From Marsupella aquatica (taxonomy: Eukaryota > Plantae > Marchantiophyta): a stretch of 64,000 nucleotides of DNA. This document shows, in pieces, positions 41,404 through 53,441 of this stretch. The DNA is taken from positions 21,440,413-21,504,412 of the forward strand of contig OZ316891.1 of the NCBI GenBank assembly GCA_973895155.1, read 5' to 3'. The notes under the pieces were generated by a model. That model saw only the letters and a list, made by a program, of their open reading frames with translations, did no database searches and was not told the DNA's origin. Numbering within the stretch: the first letter of the stretch is position 1; each line of letters starts with the position of its first letter. The position numbers and the translations under genes were made by a program.

Positions 41404-44400
41404 GTGCGAAATTGAGATCGCCTAATTTGGTAGTCAAAGATGAACAGGCAATTGAGGTTTCCTGCCCTGGACAAGGTCATTTTGGATTATGTTGGGCCAT
41501 TGAGCTTGCTGAAACTGAAGACATGGAAGGAGCTATTATTTGTGTGAAGACGAGGTCTCCATCAGTCGATCCTCTAGTGTGCAGCCTTCTAGGGTCTGTT
41601 GTTTCTATTGTGACGAGTAACGGTAAGGACATGGTTTTGACGGTGGAGAACCACGAGACAGGGAAATGGGCTCTAATTAGACTTCACGCCAAAAACTACT
41701 CTTGCGATCTTAACATTGAACGTGCAGCCAGGAAACAACTGAGCGTGATATCAATAGGGTTCTTCCCCGAGGGTTTTACTATAAATAATCTGCTAGAAGA
41801 TACTCCTATATCTGGAGCCGACATAATTTTTGGATTCCTTTATTGTCGAAAGTATGGGTTTGATCGTGATGATGCATTCACGACTTCTTTCACGTGGAAG
41901 GTTTTGAGACTAATGTCAAAATCCAAATTGGGGGAGTTTGAATCCATATCCCCTGATTTTGTGCTTGGAGCCGGAGAATTTGACGAGTATGCTTGTAAAA
42001 AGTGGGTGTTGTCTCATCGGAGACAAATAGGTAAATTGAAATCTGTAGCTGCGGGAGACAAGATGTTCGGTTTGGACAAAAAGGAAGCAAAGGTCTCTCA
42101 AAAGAGGAAGAGGGTTGAGAAACCCAAAAGCAAAGCGAAGAAGGCTCCACCTCCAAAAAAGTCCGCGCCGCCCAAGGTAGATCTCATTCCGGCATCTTCC
42201 TTGGGTGTGATTGCACATACCGATGATGATGGCACTCCAGGAGATGCTCCGGGAGAAAAGAGCGTTAAAGAAGGAGCCAAAGTTCTTAAGGAGATTGAGG
42301 AGTATTATACATTTGGCACAAATGAAACTTTTGACATTCCTGTCACTAGTATAGATTTGCCTTCTGCAGTATTGGTATATAGGATGTTCAATAAAGACCA
42401 TGCCATGGAGATCGCAAAATCCATGGTTAGAAACCCTGGAATAGTACCAGCTGTGGCGGATTTAATTCCGTATTCAAGAGAGAGTTCGCAGTTGCTCCAT
42501 TATGAGAATAGTCCTGAGGATCGAAAAGAATTTGAGTGGGGTGTTAAGAATAAGAAGGTACAATTCCTTGCAATTAGTGGACAACACTCGGCAAAGGCAG
42601 CTGTTTGGATCATAGGTTGGGCTAAGAGCGATGCAAAGATGAAGGAGGTTGCGAAGAGTCTGCAATATCGAAAGTCACAAATTCTTTCGGACAAAACTTC
42701 AAGAGCAATACTTGCTCAATACTCACAAAGGGCAAATGCTGTTAATAAGACCATGGAATATGAGTCCTATTTTCTTGATACTATGGTCCATGCCCGTCGA
42801 CAGTTTGACGAGTGTGGCCATCCGGAGAGACCCGTGATTGGGTCCAGTAGACTAACGGATCATCAAAAGTTCCAGGTAAATTCAAACTCAAATCCACTTC
42901 TAGCTCGAGATTATCTCGAGCCTCGAGGTCAAGTTTCTGTATTTGATTTATCTTCATGTATTCGCCCATAAATTTCAACATAGTTCCTTAATTCTACCTC
43001 GAGATCATCTCGAGCTCAGATTTTCTTTGTACTATTTGGATCAGGATTTTATGGCCTTGGCCAAAATAACGACTGGAAAATCCGATCTGAGGAATATGTT
43101 TTGGTTGTTGTTTTTGGAAGAGAACCTCTTCCAAACTTGGAGACAAATGTGCATCGATTGGGTCAAGGGACTTCTTCCGGATGGTCTAGGGGAGTTAGGT
43201 TCAAAAATAAACAGGAAATCCCGGACAACAAAAATGATTATGCCGGCATTGTTTAGATGCTTTGAAGGAGACCTGAGTAGTGACGACATTCTGAAAGTTT
43301 TTACTATCGTTCAACAACATAAGGTTTTATTGAAGAAAGACCCAGCCAACAAATCTGATGTTCAATCAATGAGTGATATGGCTCATACTTTCAAAGTCAT
43401 GACCAAGCTGAGGGCAAAATTTTTGGAGTACTTCATTTTGAAGTATCCGGATCGGTTTGCCAATTCACTCACTTGGTTTGAGCTAACTCAATTTTTGCCT
43501 GCATTTATGGATCGTGGTGAGTTGCCCAAACTTAGACAACTTGCTGGAGAGGTTTGGATTTCCAACCTCCTAAAAAGAAATAGGTCAAAAGACCCATTTC
43601 CGCAAAGTCTCATTGTTAGGCTTGAGCAGATATATTGCAAGGTATTTGGTGGGATGCCTTCAATGGAGGATACTCCTTATCGCACATTTTTTAGCGATAA
43701 TTTGATGAGGACAATGAAGCCTGAGATTGTTGACTCGGTGCAAAGGATGTGCCCACTTTCCATTGTCAATTTTGGTCGTCTTCGACAACGGCAATGGACA
43801 GATGCCGAAATTTTTGTCTTGTTGGAGTATTGTTTGCAGATGGCGAACTCGACGGAGGTCTTGGTAATCTTTTTTGTCCGTCAAGGCCCATTGATAGGCC
43901 AGATTCAGAGTGCCTTTGAAAAGATTTATCGTGAGAAGAAAGTCCACACGAAGCTGGAGTACGGGAGCTACTACCATGATCAGCTGCCCAAGGAGGAGGG
44001 AGATTTTCTCATTGGAGCCCGAGACTCAATCATCTTTGGGGGAATTTGTTGTGAAGAGGAACCAAACTAGTCCCAAATTTTCTTTGATGACTTTTATGCA
44101 TTTTGGAACTACAGTGAGAAGTGGGACACAGACTTCACAATCTTGCCTTTGAAGGCCCAAACTGGAAACAACAAAGACCAATCAAAGGGGAAAGATAAGC
44201 TCGATGAATCCACTGTTGATGTTGAAGTTTTGGAGAAGATGGCCCCATCTTATGAGATGGTCGGTTGGCAGGGTGGCTTTGTAAATCCGAGAGTAAAGCC
44301 TTTGCAAATGACAAAGCGTCTTGTTGATTATTTCTCCTACCCAGGTCACACAGTGTTGGATTTCTTCTTTGGAGGACAGACATTGAAAGCTTGTGTCATT

Positions 44401-44961
44401 CTTGGTCGGGATTGTTTTGTGTATTCGGACACAGCTCAAGAGATGGAATTCACAGAAGCCTTTGCTCAGCTCCTTCATGACAACAAGCAGGTTTTATATG
44501 TGCCACCCAAAGAGCCGTTAGCATCTGAGGAAATTATTGCCAGCCCCCTCGTTCTTATAGAAGAGGCGGCCTTAGACATAGCTCCGGTGGAAGCCAGTGT
44601 TTATGAGGAAGTATTTACAGAGAATTTAGAGCATCGCAAAATGGAGGGCCCAAAAATCACAAGCTACATGGAAGAGGAGGGTGAAATACTGCCTGAATTT
44701 GGAAACGATGCTCGAGATGATCTTGACGTTCCAGGTGTTCCTTCATCGAGTGACCTTGGGGATGCACAACGTGAACAACAGTCTTCAACCTTGGATGTTG
44801 GCTGGGAATCCACCTTGCAGGATGCAATTAGCCAACCAATTCCAAGCCCTCCTCAACTGGATGAGATTTTCTCTACTAAGAAAGCTAGTGGCTGCCATAC
44901 TCCCCCTCAAGACGAGGCAGGTGCATCGTCCTCTCCCTTGGACAAATGTTTTGCGCTTTAG
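41404..44961 (+). pseudogene. ParB/Srx-like domain plus N6/N4 DNA-methyltransferase-fold protein; exons 41404-42875 and 43045-44961; in-frame TAG at 44068-44070; upstream exon(s) unresolved
   Basis: ParB-like: FDIPVTSIDLP..VYRMFNKDHAMEIAKSM...FLAISGQHSAKAA. Phase-0 GT-AG intron 42876-43044. MTase C-half: VKPLQMTKRLVDYFSYPGHTVLDFFFGGQTLKACVILGRDCF, cf. beta-class KP..L...LI...S..GD.VLDPF.GSG....A...GR. Confidence 0.72.
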
Positions 44962-45573
44962 AGAATAAGCTTGTTTTCACAGATTCTTCTACTAGAAGCC
45001 CCATAATTCTCCCTTTTGTTAGGAAACCGGGGACTAAAATTGGTAGAACTGGTTACAAATCACTCAAAGCAAGTGCTACTCATTATGTTTGGACTGATGG
45101 ACCGTCAAAAGGTCAACAAGTCAGTATAGAGCAGTCTGAGAAGATTATTCGATCTAGAAAGTATAGGAAGGATAAGTTCAAATTAGTGCCAGTTTGGTCT
45201 GAGCCAGCTCTTGTTGAGACCCTTCCCGGAGGGATAAATTTGGACATTCAAAACCAACTAGGAGATAACGTTCTAGATGAATTTGGGTCTTTCAGCACGT
45301 GAGGTTGAAACCCAAGTTAGTTTGAACAGTCCTAAAATTCAGCCGTCTAAATTATTATGTCTACCTTCACAGAAATAGGCGGGCCCTTACCAGTTGTGGA
45401 GTGCGTCAACAATAATCTCCAAAGATATCCTGAGATTTCTTCAACTACTGACCTTCAACCAACAATAGATATGACGTTGACTGTTGTTCATTCACTTGTG
45501 ATGCTCGAGATCATCTCGAGCATTTCTCTATTTTATCTCCCACAATTCTAACATTGGTGTTCCTTCTTTGCAG

Positions 45574-46632
45574 GACCCTTGCCTCCACTTCACGGTCCGA
45601 TCAGACGGAAGCTATTGATTCTTGACCTCAACAAAATGTGTTGGGATTCTGTCAAAACGCCAAGTTCCAGATCGCGCCGTAGTACGACAAGTGTCAAGGG
45701 TGTCCACTGGGGGAGACTTGGAGGGTTTAAATTTTTGTATGTTGAGCAATCCCATCTTCACGAGTTCTTAATCGCAGCTTTTTTGTTATTTGATGTTGCC
45801 ATTTGGATTTGTGCAAGGAAACCCAGGACGGATGAAATGATTCATTTGATCTTCAGTCAAGATGAGCGAGAGCAATTCAAGTTTATTCTCACACAAGAAG
45901 ATACATTCGATACTGGAATCTAGAGGCCTGACATTACCGATGGGAAGGCAAATATTCATTTGAAGGATTTGAGGGTGGTTTGGAAATGTTATGGTGGATT
46001 ATACGACGAAACTAATACATCTCCTTCTTGATGACACTCCAATGAAGGCATTTGCAAATCCAGAGAATTGTGGGTTATTTCCTTCCTCATTTTTGCATCA
46101 CTCCACGGATGATACATTCTTTCCAGAAATACTATGGCCTCTGCTCAGGAAATTGTATCATGCCTTCAATCTTTAGCACTACCTTTTTATCAATCATCCA
46201 AAGTGATCTATGATAAATGTTTTAGCGGACAGAGATCAACAGGCTGCCATTTATGCGTTGTTGACGGAGCGGTGGGGTAGTATGGTATGGGTTCATTCGG
46301 TTATCCATACAGTCTTGGATGTCACAACGGACGAAATTCCTTGGGATATCAAGAATGAAGTGCAACAATTACCACCAATGGAGGAATTGATGGAGGAGGC
46401 GATCAACGACCTTGCAAAGACGTTAATTGGATATCAGTACACAGGACCCTACAGAGACAATCATCATGGATTTGTTTTGGAAGTCTTGAGGTGTAGGGAC
46501 CTCACCACGAAGTTCTGGAATATGAAGCATCTCGATTTTTGCAATCACGATATGAAATATGACCCGTCAGGGTCTAGATTTACTTGCTCAAATGAATTTT
46601 GCAGGGTGGAGGAGCATGAGATTTGGGTCTAG
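45574..46632 (+). pseudogene. FCP1/SCP/NIF-family HAD phosphatase domain plus Cys/His-rich tail (stops and a frameshift)
   Basis: RKLLILDLN, LHEFL...FDVAIW, KDLRVVW...YDETNT, LLDDTPMKAFANPEN; acceptor ctttgcag ends at 45573. Confidence 0.78.
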
Positions 46633-49600
46633 ATTATCTCGACCCTACACTGAACAGTTACAATGTGAGTTGTAGATATACATATTCTTACTAAAAAAAA
46701 AAGTGAAGCTATGCATACTATCCATATGAGTCTAGATGCTGTTGATCCTCTTTTACTTGTAGATATGTTCTCAGAAAAAGGTTATTTGGGTCTCGACCAT
46801 ATACAAAGGGAATAGCTAGAGATATAGATTCAACAACGGGTCAAAATTATGTGGACCCTACATTTGGGTCAAGATAATCTCGACATAGATTTTTACATAG
46901 TAATTGATATACATTCAACAACCGGTCAAAACCATCTAGAGCCTGCATTGGGACAGACGTGGTCTCGACCCTGTAAAAATAGGTTTTTTACTTTTATAAT
47001 ACATCACCGGTTTACCTTCCGTAACTTGGTTATCACGGGTCATTTGAATTATTATATTGTCTTATTATATTTTTTCATTGTTTATATTATATATAATAAG
47101 AACATTTTATTGTCTTTTAATTAATAAGTATTAATAATTGATAACTGAATTATTTAATTAATAATTTGGGCATTAGAATTGTAATTTTAGACCTCAAAAA
47201 GTGTATATTTGGCAACTAAAATGTATGCTTTTGGGGAACAAGTTATAGAACTTTTGGGGGTAAAATAAGAAATTTTAAGGTCAATTTCTGAACTAGAGAA
47301 ATTCCAGTTTTAATGAATAGGGTGATTATGGTCAGTATACCCAGAGTTTCCTCCGCTTCCTTCACCGAGAGCTTCAAGTTTGTCACCTCCTATCGCAACA
47401 AGGCAAGTGATTGAGACTGAGCTCACTCCCAGGCTTCAAGCTTCACCCCTCTAGTGTCGAATCATAACAACGTCGGCATACACACTCACTGGATTCACAT
47501 ACTCACTAGACAGTGCTTCAAAACTGAGGCTTCAACACAAGTATTTACTACAAGGCATAGTACAAGTTCAGATCCCAACACCTTCCTTGACTCTCCTTGC
47601 CGCCTACCTAGTGGACTAGCTCACTATCTACCCTCTCAAGTACCTCAAACCAATGCTGCTGCCCTCTGAAAATGAGAACCTCAGCCTCCAAGTTTTCAGC
47701 TTTACAAGAGAGGGTAGGAATGAACAAGTGAGGAGGCAGCCCCCTGCTTCTCCTCTTATTCTCTCACACAGCACCCCAGGCCTCCAAGCCAAAGCCAACC
47801 CAAACCAAACCAGGCCCAGGGTGCTAACTCCAGTTAGTAGTCATTGGAAAAAGTTAACCCAAGTGTAACTAGATGATTGCTAACTTAACCCGGGTTAAGT
47901 TTCTACTTTAACCGCAGGTCACTCAATTACCATAACTCCGACTCTGGTTGTCACACAGGAAACGGCAGTAGTAGAATCTCCTTGTGACGTGAGTAGCCAG
48001 GGTACCCCTTGGTAACTCTTACAACCACCAGAATTTACACATTCCTTAAACCATTTTATATTTTTATATATATGAGCCACGAAAACCCCATGGCACGGGG
48101 AACAAGCAGTGTCACAGCAGCATACAGAATGTATACAGAATGCCAGAATTTACACATTATATTTAAAACAACATACTCACGAAAGAAAGCTCTAGCTCGG
48201 CCCACAAATGAATATTGGAACGCCCCTGAGTTATGGGTTATCATTGAGTCTTGGGTTATGCCACTGAGTCTCGGCTATCACAGGAATACAGATCGGCCCT
48301 TGTTCAATTTGGAGACCTTATCCAGAGAGTACTTATGTGTGAATGGGTGATAACCAGCAAAATATCAGTATCTCAAGTTGTTGGTATACCGCAATACTAA
48401 CGCCTAACTATCTAACCAGCAACACTGAAATACTGGCTAGTTATTTTATTTGTATCCCCTAAGTGTTGGGCTTCATAATAGCCCCACTACTTAACACAAC
48501 GGCTACTTTAAGGGCACATAAAAAAACTTCTCATAGTCCATTCAAATTCAGAACCACCGCTAAGTCATCCCGGGAGTTGGGTCTACCTGGTGGGGTTCTC
48601 CCCTAGCCTCCCTGGTCCCTCACCCGACTTTGAACTGGCCTCAAAGTCCTCCTAAAGGCCTAGAAATGATTGCAGCTGTACCAAGTTCAATTAGAGTTGG
48701 TGTGGACTCTTTAAACAAAGAGCTTGGATAGCTCCCTTGGTAGCCCATTCAAACTCCTTAGCAAGACACAGGTTGCAAGTTCAAAACCAGTCGCCAACTC
48801 CTCTCTCGCCATCAACATTTTGTAGCACCAAGCTGCTGCGCTATGCTACACTATGTTGCATAAGGCAGCACAAAGCAACTTGCCGCAGTGCAAAGCATCG
48901 CGATGCTACTTCCCCATTTTCTTCTTTGCTCTCCTTTTTTTCTTCTTCAACAACGGTCTTCCTCTGTAGCAAGGTGATAAAGAGATAAATGACTATTTAC
49001 TCCTTAACAACTCGATTTCATTCCCGTTAGGAGATAAGATCAAAAAGACCTAATTAACACAATTTGAGAAGTTTACACCAACATTCTTAGGTTGGAGAGA
49101 TTTGTAATGATCTCTTAACATAAGTGTTTAACCACAAACTCAAGTGGGTAATCCTTAGGATTCACGGTGCAAAAATAAACACTAGAATTAACAAAGATTG
49201 AAACTAGAGAGAGTAGGTAGGAGGTTTCAAAGCGCAAGGAAATTGAATTTCGACCATCACCACTCCTTCAATAAGGATTATGGCTTAATTTAAGATTTGG
49301 AAATCGATATTATATATGCTTTTTGATTTCTCATAGCAACTCTTTCTCCATCTCTTGAATTTAGAAGACAACATTATAAATCAACCAGGGACACCTTTCT
49401 GATCTTGCTTAAGACGATACTAGGATACTCGAATTGATTTACTTCTTCTACTATCCTTAAGATTGCTTGTTTGAGTTTCATGCAATTTCAGTTTCTCTTT
49501 GGTGAATCTTCTATATGAATTGGTCACAGACCTTGCTGATCTTCCAATATCATCATAGGCACACGCTATTATTCATTGAATATTGCACAACAACTCAAAG

Positions 49601-50248
49601 GTTGATAATCCTGAAACTTCTCTTTACTTAACCATGGTAAAAAGAAGGAAAGGAAAGACATAAATTTCTCCAAAATCAAAATGGAGAAATCAAATGCATC
49701 TCTCTCTCTTTCCAGGGTTGATTTCGGGCTCTCCTCCTTTTGTACTAAAAGTGAAGATTATGAAAAGACATGCCTTTTCAAAATCCAAGTCTAAAGAAAT
49801 ATGTAAATAAAAGTAAACTATCCTAGTAAAAAATGGAGTAGAGTCTCCAATGGATACATCAACAAAATACTGGAGTCTACTTACTCATATACTAGTTTAC
49901 ATAGCCATTTCTAGGTCTAAACTAATGTGGCTCTCACTCTCTAAATATAACTCTATTATGGTCCCAACTTTTGGGAAGGAACCTTCTCAGGGCTAGCCAC
50001 AGCAAAGGGCTCTGGTTGAAAGAAAACTCCCTACTGTCCAATGGTAAAAGGAAGGGACGGGTCAATGTCCAGGTTCTCCTAATGAGCACTTGGATCATGA
50101 GAATACGAGTAAGAATGGGAGTGGAGGTGTATACTTGGGGTGGGAAAACTAGGAGGGTTAAGGGGTGATGAGGGGCCAGTGGAGAACGCTCCTTCATGAG
50201 GACTAGGAGAGAAAGACCTAGAGGCAAAGGTAGGAATCTCAACATCAT

Positions 50249-51796
50249 CTAATAGCTCCTCGTAGTCAAGTCACACAGCTCCCTTAAGTCCTTACAGGTC
50301 TTTGAGAGGCCTGTAAATGCATCATCTACCTTGGCACTCACATCTACCACTAAATGATTAATCTTTGAGAAGAGGATGGGTGTGGTGTTCTTGGCCAAAT
50401 ACTCATCATAGATATGTGCCTTAAGAACATCCACAGAAGCTATCTTAATTAAAGGCTTAATTAGATCCAAAGATTGAGTGATACTGAGTTGGAGAGTATG
50501 CTCAAGTTCATTCTTCTTCTTACTCCTTTCCAACTGCTATTTGAGCTCGGATATCTTCTTTCTGAGGAACTCATTCTCCTCTCCCATCTTTTTCTTATCT
50601 GTGGCATCACTCATAGTGGAGATCTTCTCAAGGATTTGCCCTGATTTCACTCATAGCTTCTGAGCAATATCAGTAATGGCCTTCTCCATCACAAAGGTCT
50701 TCCTCTTCACCTTCTGAAATGCGTTTGAGATGATCCAAAAGTCATCAAGGGTGTCTTAGGAGGCATGTCCGGGTGCATCCGGAAAGTGAGTTGGGTCAAC
50801 AAAGGCCTGGTCAAAAAAGTCTGGGTCAAGATTTCGGGCAGAAGACCAGGTCTTTTGGGGATTCAACTCTACTGGTTCCTCATCCTCATTGTCGTCAGAG
50901 GTGGCCTGAGTGATATCTGGATCTACTTCTCCATACTTTATGAAGTTAAACTTGGCTACCAGTATCTTCTTCTCTTCTGTGAACAAGACTCCTTCAAAAC
51001 TATACAGATGTACCAGGTAGCAGGAGAGAGGAGTAGGGCCTTTATTGGAAAGATTATGTATTAGCTTCCTCATTAGATCAAAGATGAGCTTGGCCCAATT
51101 GATCTTCCTTTCCCCCTTGTAAGCAGCAACAATGGTAGAGCCAACTCCAACAATAACTCTTCTTGGCTTCTCAGGATACAGCAATGGTACCAATAAGTTG
51201 AAGACTCGTTTCAGATCAGGGTCCACACACCTGGAAACATTGAATTCATCCTTACTGCTGATAGCTCCTTTGAAGTAAGGAAGAATCAGATTAACAACTC
51301 TTCCTACTAGACCTTCTCCTTCATCCTCTAGGACAAAGGCTGCTGCAACCATCATCTGCATCCATCGTTCAGGTCGGCCTTGAGAGGTATGTTTAAACTC
51401 AGTTGGGCACTCCTTTGATCGTATCTCTCTGATCATGTCCTCACTTTGATAACTCCAGGGAAACTCCATCAGAGACTCACAGCCCCTTCTGAGCAAAGAC
51501 TCTCTCAGTTTGACCTTCTCAGCTTCACTGCCCGGAATAGCTGGCTTCAGGATTTTCATGGCAACAGGGACCTCCTTCCTCTTTGATCGTCTCACAAGGG
51601 CTTTAACCGGCGTGGGTGTAGGGGATGTTGAGGTTGAATGTCCCTTGGAAACCCGTGAAGTGAACATTCTGGCTTGACCCGCCTTTTGATCCATAGAGTT
51701 GATGCAAGTAAGAGATTGGATTCTGCCCAATGGTATGCCTCCTCTGCAGCGAGCTCTATAGTTGTGCGACCTCAAACAATTCAATCTCTTCAGCAT
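50249..51796 (-). pseudogene. LTR-retrotransposon accessory ORF (unknown function) plus downstream coiled-coil remnant
   Basis: 346-aa ORF with GCESLMEFPW...PERW...CVDPDLKRVFNLLVPLLYPEKP...INWAKLI...TPLSCYLVHLY, resembling extra ORFs of non-seed-plant gypsy elements (recalled similarity); LTR-like sequence at ~47332-48023. Confidence 0.5.
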
Positions 51797-52619
51797 CGTA
51801 AGATGATAGAGATGTCTGGGTTGACCTGACCATAACTTTTCTGATCAGGTGACAACCTAATCTTCACAAATTGATCAAGATTCCTTCAATCACGGTGCAT
51901 GTCCATCAAACGTTGGTGGACATCACTCTCAATCCGGCCTTCAGTAGCGGCATCCGGATCGACCTGGTTGCCCTTCTCACAATCGACTCGTCCATGATCA
52001 GGATCTCAAACTCCTGCCTTCACTCCCAGCATAGGAGTAGATATTCCCCTCACAACGATTTAGTCAGTACCCTCATATAGAGGCTCTCATCGTGCAATGG
52101 AAGATTGGTCCTATAATCCGGACCCAAGATCCTCTACCAAAAGGGTAGAGCCTCCTCACTCTATTGCTTATATAGCCTAATGCGCTCGGGAACTCAAAAA
52201 CCTACTAAGTTCAGCTTCGAGAGGTGTGAGAACCCGGATCGACTCTCCTTCCTTATATCCGGATTCTACTGTAGCTCGGCCTGTGTTTGACTTATGGTTT
52301 TAAAACTTTGGTACAACTGATGTACAATACAGTCGAGTTTCAAGATATTCTATCTCGTTGATGGCTTCAGTGCAAAGTTTCGGGTCGATCCTCCAACTTT
52401 CATATCAGTCCAGGTCGACCTCAGATGGGCTTGAAAGTTGTATAACACTTCAAAGTAGTCTTTAGGTCTCTCTTCAGCCTCATTTGATGTCTCAAACTTA
52501 AAAATTTTAAAATTTATGGTTAGTTAACCCTTCTCTCATAAATATCCTCATCTCACATCCTCCATAGCTCAGTCTTTCAGCAGCATCACTAGAAGAATCC
52601 GAGGTGAACTGAGACCGCA

Positions 52620-52940
52620 ATATATGACTCATTTTGGCTCATGTGACTTCATTGTGACTCAACGTGACTTGACCCACGCTGTGACCCTTGGAGTTGCAAA
52701 AGTTGAGACCAAAAAATGGAAGTCACTATTGATACTGGGCTTTGCAACTTGCTTGATACCCATTTGTGACTGATCTGTGACTTTATTGTGGAGTCTAGCC
52801 TTGTTTCGACGTGACTGCAATATGACTTCAGCGAGTCACATCGTAAGTCACATACATGACTTACCCGCATTCAACAACGACTAGCGTGTGACTATTTAGT
52901 GTCACAGGAGAGACCAATGGAGACCCTGGCCCGCGTCACA
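52620..52940. repeat. CACTA subterminal GTGACT/AGTCAC motif array (putative TnpA sites)
   Basis: atatgact, atgtgact, ttgtgact, acgtgact, ctgtgact, gagtcaca, aagtcaca, gtgtcaca and others. Confidence 0.85.
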
Positions 52941-53441
52941 CAACAGAACCATTTGGGACTCTATATACTCATGTTTATAACTAATAAGGTTCACATGCAA
53001 GTTATAACCATGACTAATGAACACAGAGGGACAGTTCATAAGAAGAGAGAGCACTCGACATTACAATACATAGAAACCTGATGTTCTAACTTTAGAAATA
53101 TAACACATTGAATACAAGAAATGAACATAGCATGAATGACATCCACATGAAACAAAGCATCATATAAGCAGATCCTACATAAAACATTCATAAGAATTAA
53201 ACACAATCACAATCTTGCTAAAAAATGAAGATCATTTGAATTCCAATGGAATAGTTTACAATGTGATCAATGTAATTTAGACAAAACAGGAACTCATAAT
53301 TGATGACTGTAGGATGAGATAACTGAAAGCACATGCATGATACTATGAATCTCCAAGAGGACATGATTCTTGTACTGTTTCTTGACATCTAAAATCTACA
53401 TAACATGACTCACACTACAAACAAATAATGGCATGACATTG

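Larger units (their letters stand above)
40356..46884. repeat. dispersed 17-bp palindrome CTCGAGAT-N-ATCTCGAG (~13 copies including variants)
   Basis: Copies at 40356, 40419, 40519, 40779, 41100, 41148 (5-bp insert), 41320, 42904, 42998, 45504; variants at 44711, 46627, 46868. Confidence 0.92.
38505..47331. mobile_element. 8.8-kb TIR DNA transposon of unassigned superfamily carrying ParB-like/MTase and FCP1-like genes
   Basis: Imperfect ~35-bp TIRs: 38505-38540 CTATGATCAGTCTATTTATTAAAATTGGAAATTTCT vs reverse complement of 47297-47331 CCATAATCACCCTATTCATTAAAACTGGAATTTCT (29/35 with one gap). AT-rich subtermini with short tandem repeats. Flanks tcg/tca may be a 3-bp TSD. Confidence 0.75.

Noticed and set aside
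41244-44961. Bacterial/phage contamination as the source of the ParB-MTase gene
   Set aside because: The gene has an in-phase GT-AG intron, an NLS-like linker and deamination-type stops, and it lies within TIRs among plant TEs.
40356-46884. CRISPR array interpretation of the CTCGAGAT-N-ATCTCGAG repeats (and of the 29.4-30.0 kb dyads)
   Set aside because: Repeats are only 17-18 bp, spacing is irregular (tens of bp to kb), there are no cas genes, and the context is eukaryotic and intron-containing.
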